Shown here one piece after another: positions 56,717 to 64,000 of a stretch of DNA of 64,000 nucleotides. The notes under the pieces are model-generated. The model did not search any database. It saw only the letters and a list, made by a program, of their open reading frames with translations, and had not been told where the DNA came from. The stretch covers positions 9,317 through 73,316 of the forward strand of contig JAUSES010000013.1 of the NCBI GenBank assembly GCA_030649835.1. The letters run 5' to 3'. The translations under genes were made by a program, and so were the position numbers. This stretch comes from a bacterium (GTDB lineage: Bacteria; Patescibacteriota; Minisyncoccia; Phycocordibacterales; UBA1550). The number at the start of each line of letters is the position of its first letter. Position 1 is the first letter of the stretch.

Positions 56717-58387
56717 ATGACCCAAGATGAAGCATTTGAAATTTTGAAGACAGGGAGGAATGTCTTTGTGACGGGACCTGCGGGGAGCGGGAAGACACAT
56801 CTCGTCAATCGCTATATTGCATACCTTCGCGAACATGCGATTGATATGGGTATTACCGCATCCACTGGCATCGCTGCGACCCACATGGGCGGGGTGACTA
56901 TTCACTCATGGGCGGGGATTGGCATTGCAGCAAGCCTCACTCCATACGAACTCGAGGCAATGCTTGAAAAAAGCTATCTCTATAAGAGGTTTGAAAAAGT
57001 GAAGGTGCTCATCATAGACGAGGTTTCAATGCTCCACCATTTTCGCCTAGATCTCGTGAACAATGTTTTGAAAACAATGAAGCACTCCGAGAAACCTTTT
57101 GGGGGGATTCAGGTCGTACTCTGTGGGGATTTTTTCCAACTTCCGCCGGTGTCACGCATGGGTGAGCCTGAAACACATTTTATATACAAGAGTGATGCAT
57201 GGCGTGAGGGCGGCTTTACTATTTGCTATCTGTCGGAACAATTTCGCCAAGAGGATGATGTAACGATTTCTATTTTAAACGAGATTCGCTCGGGGGAGGT
57301 TTCTGATGGCGCCCGCGAGCATCTCCGCTCACGCTATCAAGTGCGTTCGCCAAAATTTATAACTTCAACTAAACTTTTTACGCACAATGCCGACGTGGAT
57401 ACTCTCAACGATACAGAGCTCGGGCGAATTGACGAGGGTGAAATTGTGACCTACCTGATGGAGAGTCGTGGCAAAGAAGCGATCGCTGCAACGCTCAAAA
57501 AATCCTGCCTCGCCCCCGAAACGCTCCGTTTGAAAGTGGGTGCACGCGTGATGTGCGTAAAGAATAACTTTGAAGCGGGTTATGTGAACGGTACTCTCGG
57601 TGTGGTGGTGTCGTGCGATGAAATGGACGACCCCATTATTAAAACAGCATCAGGGAAAAGAATTGTTATTCCCCGTGCTTCGTGGAAAATAGAAGAAGAT
57701 GGCAAAGTAAAAGCGGAAATTTTGCAGTACCCGCTTCGGCTTGCATGGGCCATCACGGTGCACAAGAGTCAGGGGATGAGCTTGGATGCGGTGGAAGTGG
57801 ATCTATCAAAATCCTTTGAACCCGGCATGGGGTACGTGGCGCTCTCTCGCGTGCGCTCACTTGAGGGCCTCACTATTTTAGGAATGAACGAAAATGCGCT
57901 CCGTGTTCACGAAGAAGTGCGAGAGCTTGATCAGGATTTTCAAAATCTTTCTAAAGAAGCCCTTGGGGAAATAAAAAAAATGGGCGAGAAGGAGATTGCT
58001 CGCTTGCAAGCTGAATTTCTTGCGTGCTCAAAGCCACCACAAAAAGAAAAGAAGCTCGCTACACACAAAGAGACCGAGCTACTCCTCGCGGAGAAGAAAA
58101 GTCTAGGTGAAATTGCAGAAGCGCGTGGCATGACAATTGAAACGATAGTCTCCCATATTGAGAAGCTTATGGAAGAGGAATCGCGCGTGGATATGAGACA
58201 TTTAAAATATGAAATTTCGCCTGCGCATTTTTTGAAAATTGAAAAGGCAATTGAAAAACTTTTGGAAGATAAGAAAGTTATACTACTTACACCAGTCAAA
58301 AACATTGTTGGGCCTAATGTGTCGTTTCTTCATATCCGCCTCGCCCGCGCGCTTTTGGGACACACGCCGAAGAACGAGGGAAAGTAG
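56717..58387 (+). CDS. Pif1/RecD2-like SF1 helicase with a C-terminal helical/HTH extension.
   Basis: Walker A TGPAGSGKTHLV, Walker B LIIDEVSML, and motifs QLPPV, VHKSQG, ALSRV are Pif1/RecD-family hallmarks. Confidence 0.75.
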   Translation: MTQDEAFEILKTGRNVFVTGPAGSGKTHLVNRYIAYLREHAIDMGITASTGIAATHMGGVTIHSWAGIGIAASLTPYELEAMLEKSYLYKRFEKVKVLIIDEVSMLHHFRLDLVNNVLKTMKHSEKPFGGIQVVLCGDFFQLPPVSRMGEPETHFIYKSDAWREGGFTICYLSEQFRQEDDVTISILNEIRSGEVSDGAREHLRSRYQVRSPKFITSTKLFTHNADVDTLNDTELGRIDEGEIVTYLMESRGKEAIAATLKKSCLAPETLRLKVGARVMCVKNNFEAGYVNGTLGVVVSCDEMDDPIIKTASGKRIVIPRASWKIEEDGKVKAEILQYPLRLAWAITVHKSQGMSLDAVEVDLSKSFEPGMGYVALSRVRSLEGLTILGMNENALRVHEEVRELDQDFQNLSKEALGEIKKMGEKEIARLQAEFLACSKPPQKEKKLATHKETELLLAEKKSLGEIAEARGMTIETIVSHIEKLMEEESRVDMRHLKYEISPAHFLKIEKAIEKLLEDKKVILLTPVKNIVGPNVSFLHIRLARALLGHTPKNEGK

Positions 58388-58416
58388 AAAGATAATATCT
58401 GCTGTATAATACACAC

Positions 58417-58584
58417 ATGAATTCAAAATCCCTCATTTGGTTCCTTGCGATTGTGGGTACCTATGCAGGAGCATACGTACCGCTTTTCTGGGGAGGGGAC
58501 TCATTTTCTATGTCGTCAGTGTTCTTTTCTGGCGTTGGTGGGATAGGCGGAATTTGGCTTGGGTATTGGCTCGGTAGAGAATAG
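58417..58584 (+). CDS. Unlisted small (55 aa) membrane protein.
   Basis: MNSKSLIWFLAIVGTYAGAYVPLFWGG…GIWLGYWLGRE. Below the ORF-track cutoff. Confidence 0.3.
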   Translation: MNSKSLIWFLAIVGTYAGAYVPLFWGGDSFSMSSVFFSGVGGIGGIWLGYWLGRE

Positions 58585-58612
58585 AAATAAAAAGTGTTAC
58601 AATGCAAATATT

Positions 58613-59047
58613 ATGAAAAAAACAGCAATTGGTGGGGCGCTGGTTGTGGTAGCGCTTTTAATAGGATTTGGGGTTTATTTGCAGAGTATGGAAAAAGGCG
58701 GCGCAAGTGCGGATCCTGAAATAGTGAGTCTGAAGGGCCTTCATTGGCATGCTGATCTCGCCATTGTGGTAAAAGGGTCGCCCGTGGTAATTCCCGCAAA
58801 TGTTGGTCTTGAGGGGGGACATAACCCAATTCACACTCACGATGGTGAGCCGAACATTATTCACATGGAGTTTCCGGGAATTGTGCGCGTAGATGATCTT
58901 AAGCTCGGAGAGTTTTTTAGGATTTGGAAAAAAGAGATGCGCTCGTTTGGTAATAATATGAAGATGACGGTGAATGGCGTAGAAAATACTGAATTTGAAA
59001 ATTATCACATGAAGGACAAAGACAAAATTGTTTTAAGTTTTGACTAG
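58613..59047 (+). CDS. Small secreted His-rich protein (putative periplasmic metal/copper-binding).
   Basis: Signal/TM MKKTAIGGALVVVALLIGFGVYL. HWHADL, HTHDGEP, IHMEF. It lies immediately upstream of the Cu-ATPase. Confidence 0.35.
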   Translation: MKKTAIGGALVVVALLIGFGVYLQSMEKGGASADPEIVSLKGLHWHADLAIVVKGSPVVIPANVGLEGGHNPIHTHDGEPNIIHMEFPGIVRVDDLKLGEFFRIWKKEMRSFGNNMKMTVNGVENTEFENYHMKDKDKIVLSFD

Positions 59048-59056
59048 TAGACTTTT

Positions 59057-61210
59057 ATGGAAAAAATACTCTATACATGTCCAATGCACCCGAATATTGT
59101 TCGCGAGATGCCGGGGATATGTCCAGAGTGTGGGATGAGTCTCGTGCTAGCACGAGCGCGGAAGGACGCTGACGACACGCAGACGGGCGCGGAAAAATTT
59201 CTGCATGAGTCCGCGTCAATTCCGCATAGTTCCGCGTTTACTAAGCATGAGGGGCATCATACGGAAGATTTTTTGAAGAAGTTTTTTGTAGTACTCGTGC
59301 TTACGGTTCCGCTCCTTGTATATTCCGAAATTTTTGCACTCGCGTTTTCGTGGCAACCGCCGCATTTCACTGCGGAGCCTGATGTGATGCTCGCACTTGG
59401 TTCATTCATCTTTTTTTATGGTGGGTCAGTATTTTTGAGAGGAGCATACCACGAGCTCCGAGCTTGGCTCCCCGGGATGATGACACTCATCTCGCTTGCT
59501 ATTACGGCTGCGTATGCATTTAGTGTTTTTGTCGTCTTTACCGGCGGGGAACACACACTTTTTTGGGAGCTCGCCACGCTTATTGCCATCATGCTTCTCG
59601 GGCACTGGATAGAAATGAAAGCGGTAAAGGGTGCTCAAGGGGCACTCAAGGAACTCGCGAAGCTTTTGCCAGATACCGCGGATGTAATTCGTGCTGGTGT
59701 TACTTCCACCATTTCTATTTCAGAGCTCCGCGTGGGCGACCGCGTACTCGTGCGTCCCGGGGCAAAAATCCCTGCTGACGGTGTTGTTGTAGAGGGCCGA
59801 TCAGAGATAGACGAATCTATTATTACCGGTGAGTCAAAACTAATTCTAAAAGTGGTTGGCGTGGGGGTAATTGCGGGGTCTTTAAACGGCGACGGTAGTC
59901 TCACCATTGAGGTGAAAAAAATTGGCGAAGGAACATTCCTCTCTGGCGTGATGCGCTTGGTTCTTGAGGCAGAGGCGAGCAAGTCACGCCTTCAGATTTT
60001 GTCTGACCGTGCGGCGCTTTATTTGACAGTCATCGCAGTACTCGCAGGCACTGCAACATTTATAGCGTGGATTTTAGCTGACGCAGGAATTGTTTTTGCG
60101 ACGGAGCGTCTTGTTGCCGTGCTTGTCATTACCTGTCCACACGCACTTGGTCTCGCGGTGCCCCTCGTTGCGTCCATCTCCACCACGATGGCAGCGAGAA
60201 ACGGGTTTCTTGTCCGCAAGCGCATTGCGCTCGAGTCGGCACGCACCATTGATGTTGTTCTTTTTGATAAAACGGGAACACTCACCACGGGCGCGTTTGG
60301 CGTGTACGCAGTCATCCCCGCTGACTCATTTACCGAGCTTGACGTACTTCAAAAAGGGGCTGGTCTTGACCAAGGCTCAGAGCACCCACTTGCAAAAGCG
60401 GTCGTGAGAGAAGCAGGGAAACGCGGAGCCACTTTGCTCCCAATGAAAAACTTTGAGCGGATAGCGGGGAAGGGTGCTCGTGGAGATGTGGGCGGAGACA
60501 CAACCCTTGTGGGTAACGAATTATTTATGAATGAGACGACTATTGTTCTTGCACCAGAAATTCTTGCAAAAACTCGCGCATTGGAAGGCGAGGGCAAGAC
60601 GGTGATTTTTGTCGCATCAAAGGGTCAGCTTGTGGGAGCCCTTGCTCTCGCGGACACGATTCGTGAGGAGTCGCGCGAGGCGGTGGAGGCGCTTCGCGCG
60701 CTGGGCATTCGTACGGCGATGATCACGGGAGACTCGCCCGATGTAGCAGCATGGGTTGCAAAGGAGCTTCACATTGACGAATACTTTGCGCGGGTACTCC
60801 CCGGTGAAAAATCAGAAAAAGTAAAAATACTTCAGGCGCAGGGGCACAAAGTCGCGATGGTGGGGGACGGGGTGAACGATGCGCCAGCACTCACGCAAGC
60901 TGACCTTGGTATCGCTATTGGCGCTGGGACCAATGTCGCCATAGAGTCCGCTGGAATTATTCTCGTCAAAAACGACCCTCGTGATATTCCAAAAATCATT
61001 CGTCTTTCTAAACTCACCTACACAAAGATAATACAAAACCTTTTTTGGGCAACGGGATACAATATTGTCGCGCTTACTCTCGCGGCAGGCGTACTCTTTT
61101 CTAAGGGCATTATTTTACAACCAGCAGTCGCGGCGGTACTTATGAGTGTGTCCACGGTTATTGTTGCATTTAATGCACTCTTGTTGCGTCGGAATAAATT
61201 AAGTGTATAG
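59057..61210 (+). CDS. P1B-type heavy-metal ATPase with a CPH motif (CopB-like).
   Basis: N-terminal CPMHP…CPECGM metal-binding motif. TM CPH (ITCPHALG). DKTGTLT. GDGVNDAPAL. Confidence 0.85.
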   Translation: MEKILYTCPMHPNIVREMPGICPECGMSLVLARARKDADDTQTGAEKFLHESASIPHSSAFTKHEGHHTEDFLKKFFVVLVLTVPLLVYSEIFALAFSWQPPHFTAEPDVMLALGSFIFFYGGSVFLRGAYHELRAWLPGMMTLISLAITAAYAFSVFVVFTGGEHTLFWELATLIAIMLLGHWIEMKAVKGAQGALKELAKLLPDTADVIRAGVTSTISISELRVGDRVLVRPGAKIPADGVVVEGRSEIDESIITGESKLILKVVGVGVIAGSLNGDGSLTIEVKKIGEGTFLSGVMRLVLEAEASKSRLQILSDRAALYLTVIAVLAGTATFIAWILADAGIVFATERLVAVLVITCPHALGLAVPLVASISTTMAARNGFLVRKRIALESARTIDVVLFDKTGTLTTGAFGVYAVIPADSFTELDVLQKGAGLDQGSEHPLAKAVVREAGKRGATLLPMKNFERIAGKGARGDVGGDTTLVGNELFMNETTIVLAPEILAKTRALEGEGKTVIFVASKGQLVGALALADTIREESREAVEALRALGIRTAMITGDSPDVAAWVAKELHIDEYFARVLPGEKSEKVKILQAQGHKVAMVGDGVNDAPALTQADLGIAIGAGTNVAIESAGIILVKNDPRDIPKIIRLSKLTYTKIIQNLFWATGYNIVALTLAAGVLFSKGIILQPAVAAVLMSVSTVIVAFNALLLRRNKLSV

Positions 61211-61221
61211 TGAGAAATAAT

Positions 61222-62826
61222 ATGAAAAAAAGATACATTTTATTTGGGGTTATTCTCCTCCCAATAATAATTCTTAGTGGGATTTCCTCGGAAATTTCTG
61301 AAAAGGAGTTTTCAACGAGCACGTGGGGTTTGCCAGAGGCTCAACTTTCACAAATAGTTGAGCTAAAAGATGGTGACACGTATGATCTCACTGCGAGTTT
61401 TGTAAAGAAAAATATCAACGGCAACGCTGTGCGCATGCTCGCGTACAACGGCTCTGTTCCCGGACCGACACTAAAAGTTCCACAGGGAGCAACCGTTAAA
61501 ATTAATTTTAAAAATGATACTGATATCGGAAACACGCTTCACTCGCACGGCGTGCGTATGGAGAATGCGTCTGACGGCGTGCCGGATGTAACGCAAGAAA
61601 TAGTTCCTGTGGGGGGTTCGTTCGCGTATGTCTTAAAATTTCCCGATGCGGGTGCGTACTGGTATCATCCACACGTACGCGATGACTACACTATTGAGAT
61701 GGGACTTTATGGTAATTTTCTCGTGACTCCCAAGGAGGGCTCGTCGTGGAATAAAGTCGACCGCGAGGAAATGGTTTTTATAGATGATATTTTGCTCGAG
61801 AAGGGAGACATTGCGCCGTTTAAAAAAGAAGGAGCAGACCGCACGCTCATGGGTCGCTATGGTAACACGATGTTTGTGAATGGCGAGACAGACTACACGC
61901 TTAGTGTAAAAAAAGGCGAAGTGGTTAGATTTTATTTTACCAACAGCGCTAACGTGAGACCGTTCAATCTTACGATTGTGGGAACAAAAATGAAACTCGT
62001 TGGTGGAGATAGCGGTTTGTATGAGCGCGACACGTGGGCGGACTCGGTTATGATAAATCCATCTGAACGCGCGATTGTTGAGGTGCTTTTTGACAAAGAA
62101 GGTTCATATGAGCTTCAAAACAAAACATCCGAAAAAACCTACACACTCGGAGGGATTGTTGTTTCTGGTGGAGAAACGTCTTTAGCGCCTGGAAAATCTT
62201 TTAGTGATCTTCGCTTGCACCCAGAGATTTCGAAGAGTATTGATCAATTTCGTTCCTCGTTTACAAAAAAGGTGGACAAGCAAATGAAACTTTCTATATA
62301 TATGATGGGGGGCTCAAATATGGGAGGGATGATGACAGGCGGTGCAATGATGGAAGGTGGCATGGGGTCGAGCACCGGTGTCCCAAAAGGTGGGATCGAA
62401 TGGGAAGACACCGACATGTCGGCAATGAACATGATGTCTGACACAAAAATGATAGCATGGAACATTGTTGACGAAGATTCGGGCAAGAAGAATATGGACA
62501 TTGATTGGGATTTCAAGGTAGGGGATAAGGTGAAAATTCGCATTACGAACGATGGTACATCTATGCCCGCCCGAATGACTGAAGGTATTCAGTCGGGCGG
62601 GCATCCCATGCAACACCCAATCCATTTTCATGGACAGCGATTTTTGGTAGTAAATAAAAACGGCGTACAGCAAACAAACCTCGTGTGGAAAGACACCGTC
62701 CTTGTACTTGCAGGCGAGTATGTGGACATTATTCTTGATGCCTCAAACAAGGGCACATGGATGGCGCACTGCCACATTGCCGAGCATCTCGAAGCAGGGA
62801 TGATGATGACATTTAAAGTGGAATAG
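61222..62826 (+). CDS. Multicopper oxidase (CueO/laccase-like) with a Met/Gly-rich insert.
   Basis: Cu-site motifs HSHG, WYHPH, HPIHFHG, HCHIAEHLEAGMM. Met-rich MMGGSNMGGMMTGGAMMEGGMG. Signal peptide. The listed ORF starts at GTG 61210; ATG 61222 is preferred. Confidence 0.8.
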   Translation: MKKRYILFGVILLPIIILSGISSEISEKEFSTSTWGLPEAQLSQIVELKDGDTYDLTASFVKKNINGNAVRMLAYNGSVPGPTLKVPQGATVKINFKNDTDIGNTLHSHGVRMENASDGVPDVTQEIVPVGGSFAYVLKFPDAGAYWYHPHVRDDYTIEMGLYGNFLVTPKEGSSWNKVDREEMVFIDDILLEKGDIAPFKKEGADRTLMGRYGNTMFVNGETDYTLSVKKGEVVRFYFTNSANVRPFNLTIVGTKMKLVGGDSGLYERDTWADSVMINPSERAIVEVLFDKEGSYELQNKTSEKTYTLGGIVVSGGETSLAPGKSFSDLRLHPEISKSIDQFRSSFTKKVDKQMKLSIYMMGGSNMGGMMTGGAMMEGGMGSSTGVPKGGIEWEDTDMSAMNMMSDTKMIAWNIVDEDSGKKNMDIDWDFKVGDKVKIRITNDGTSMPARMTEGIQSGGHPMQHPIHFHGQRFLVVNKNGVQQTNLVWKDTVLVLAGEYVDIILDASNKGTWMAHCHIAEHLEAGMMMTFKVE

Positions 62827-62849
62827 CAGTGTATGATACAATACGACAA

Positions 62850-64000
62850 ATGAGGAAATCTACAAAAAATGTTCGACTCGCTTCACATGTAAAACCAGAA
62901 AGATACCAGATAGCACTCAAGCCCGATTTGGATGCGTTTGTGTTTGAAGGAGAGGAGACGATAACACTAACTCTCGATAAGAAGGTAAAAGAAATTACGC
63001 TCCACTCTGCAGAGATTGAGATTGAGAGCGTTTTTGTTTTGCAAAATAAGGTAAAAACATTTGCGACAAAGATTTCTTATGACAAAAAGGCAGAGACCGC
63101 AACTTTTGTATTTCAAAAAACAATAGACAAAGGCAAAGCAAAACTTACATTACTTTTTCGAGGTATCCTAAACGACCGGATGCAGGGTTTTTATCGTAGC
63201 CGATATGAAGTCGCAGGAAAGGAATATTATATGGCGACGACGCAGTTTGAAGCGACTGACGCTCGCCGAGCGTTCCCGTGTTTTGATGAACCATCACTCA
63301 AGTCCGTCTTTGAGGTAAAACTGATTGTGCCAACGAAAAGTACAGCACTCTCAAACACGATACCCATCTCTATCAAGGAGCATAGTGCGGGGTATCAGGT
63401 GGTGGAGTTCTCGCCTACACCAAAAATGTCTACCTATCTCGCGGCGTTTATTGTGGGGGATCTCGAACATGTAGAAAGAAAAACAAAAGAAGGGGTCCTT
63501 GTACGCGTCTTTACCACACCGGGAAAAATTCATCAGGCAGAATTTGCACTAGACTGCGCGGTGAAGACACTTTCTTTCTTTACAAAGTATTTTGACATTC
63601 CATACCCAATGCCCGTGCTCGATATGGTCGCGATTCCAGACTTTTCATCCGGTGCGATGGAAAACTGGGGCGCCATTACCTATCGCGAAGCCGCGCTCCT
63701 TATCGACCCCGACCACTCTTCACAAGCAATGAAACAGCGAGTTGCGGTGGTTGTTGCACATGAGCTTGCTCATCAGTGGTTTGGTAACCTAGTCACTATG
63801 GAGTGGTGGACGCACCTGTGGTTAAACGAGGGTTTTGCGTCATATATTGAGTATCTTGCGGTTGACCATCTTTTTCCTGAGTGGGAAATGTGGACAGAAT
63901 TTGTCTCCGAAGACTTAGGGAGAGCGCTTTCTCTTGATTCCCTAAAGCACACACACCCTATTGAGGTTTCTGTGAACCATCCAGATGAAATAAGTGAGAT
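62850..64000 (+). CDS. pepN: Aminopeptidase N (M1 family), 5' partial (runs off the window).
   Basis: GAMENWG exopeptidase motif. HELAHQWFGNLVTMEWWTHLWLNEGFASY (HEXXH…E). The ATG at 62834 hits a stop after 6 codons; the in-frame ATG at 62850 is used. Confidence 0.8.
   Translation, partial: MRKSTKNVRLASHVKPERYQIALKPDLDAFVFEGEETITLTLDKKVKEITLHSAEIEIESVFVLQNKVKTFATKISYDKKAETATFVFQKTIDKGKAKLTLLFRGILNDRMQGFYRSRYEVAGKEYYMATTQFEATDARRAFPCFDEPSLKSVFEVKLIVPTKSTALSNTIPISIKEHSAGYQVVEFSPTPKMSTYLAAFIVGDLEHVERKTKEGVLVRVFTTPGKIHQAEFALDCAVKTLSFFTKYFDIPYPMPVLDMVAIPDFSSGAMENWGAITYREAALLIDPDHSSQAMKQRVAVVVAHELAHQWFGNLVTMEWWTHLWLNEGFASYIEYLAVDHLFPEWEMWTEFVSEDLGRALSLDSLKHTHPIEVSVNHPDEISE

Noticed and set aside
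62834-62851. ATG at 62834 as the pepN start.
   Set aside because: That frame hits TGA after six codons. The in-frame ATG at 62850 gives the continuous M1 aminopeptidase reading frame.

Overview
This 64 kb window is AT-rich and densely packed, with many probable leaderless genes. It is possibly from a Patescibacteria/CPR-like or similarly streamlined bacterium (uncertain).

Main blocks, left to right:
- **1–8 kb:** type IV pilus cluster with a stand-alone receiver, PilT, PilC, a major pilin, PilD and three pseudopilins carrying unusually long His/Pro-rich leaders. A REP-flanked RAYT/IS200-like transposase is inserted in it. A family of AT-rich tandem heptanucleotide repeats is embedded in the pseudopilin leader-coding regions and recurs elsewhere.
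- **8–13.5 kb:** housekeeping genes: ligA (carrying an in-frame 44-bp GC-rich perfect palindrome), gatC, a long hairpin, gatA.
- **13.6–15.7 kb:** a tRNA hotspot with initiator tRNA, tRNA-Met, tRNA-Asp and two tRNA-Thr. Each of three tRNAs is followed about 120–190 bp downstream by a direct repeat of its own 3' end. Inverted and 5' tRNA fragments lie between them, and an HTH/LAGLIDADG-like gene ends 6 nt before tRNA-Met.
- **15.7–22.4 kb:** NUDIX, prfB, ftsEX, pyrG.
- **22.4–25.3 kb:** accessory islet with an NYN-domain gene interrupted by an in-frame TGA, a Cas4-like PD-(D/E)XK nuclease, a double-motif LAGLIDADG endonuclease ending 5 nt before tRNA-Gln, and a SET-domain protein.
- **26–37 kb:** msrB, a HAD hydrolase, an L,D-transpeptidase divergent from a 1630-aa thioester-less alpha-2-macroglobulin-like protein, a Memo-like/CapA fusion, and an MFS transporter.
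- **37–48 kb:** a cyoABCDE quinol-oxidase operon. It resembles the proteobacterial Cyo (E. coli) sequences as I recall them from memory. It is split after cyoA by three genes for secreted or membrane proteins (beta-propeller/C39-like, a membrane-anchored protein, PDZ). A 36-bp repeat carrying the cyoA start/promoter recurs about 8 kb upstream.
- **48–55 kb:** a RhuM–Doc protein and assorted hydrolases.
- **56–58.4 kb:** an NYN gene flanked by a 57-bp duplication of the 5' end of the adjacent Pif1-like helicase gene.
- **58.6–62.8 kb:** a copper cluster with a His-rich protein, a CopB-type ATPase and a multicopper oxidase.
- **62.8 kb to end:** a partial M1 aminopeptidase.

No rRNA or CRISPR array was seen.
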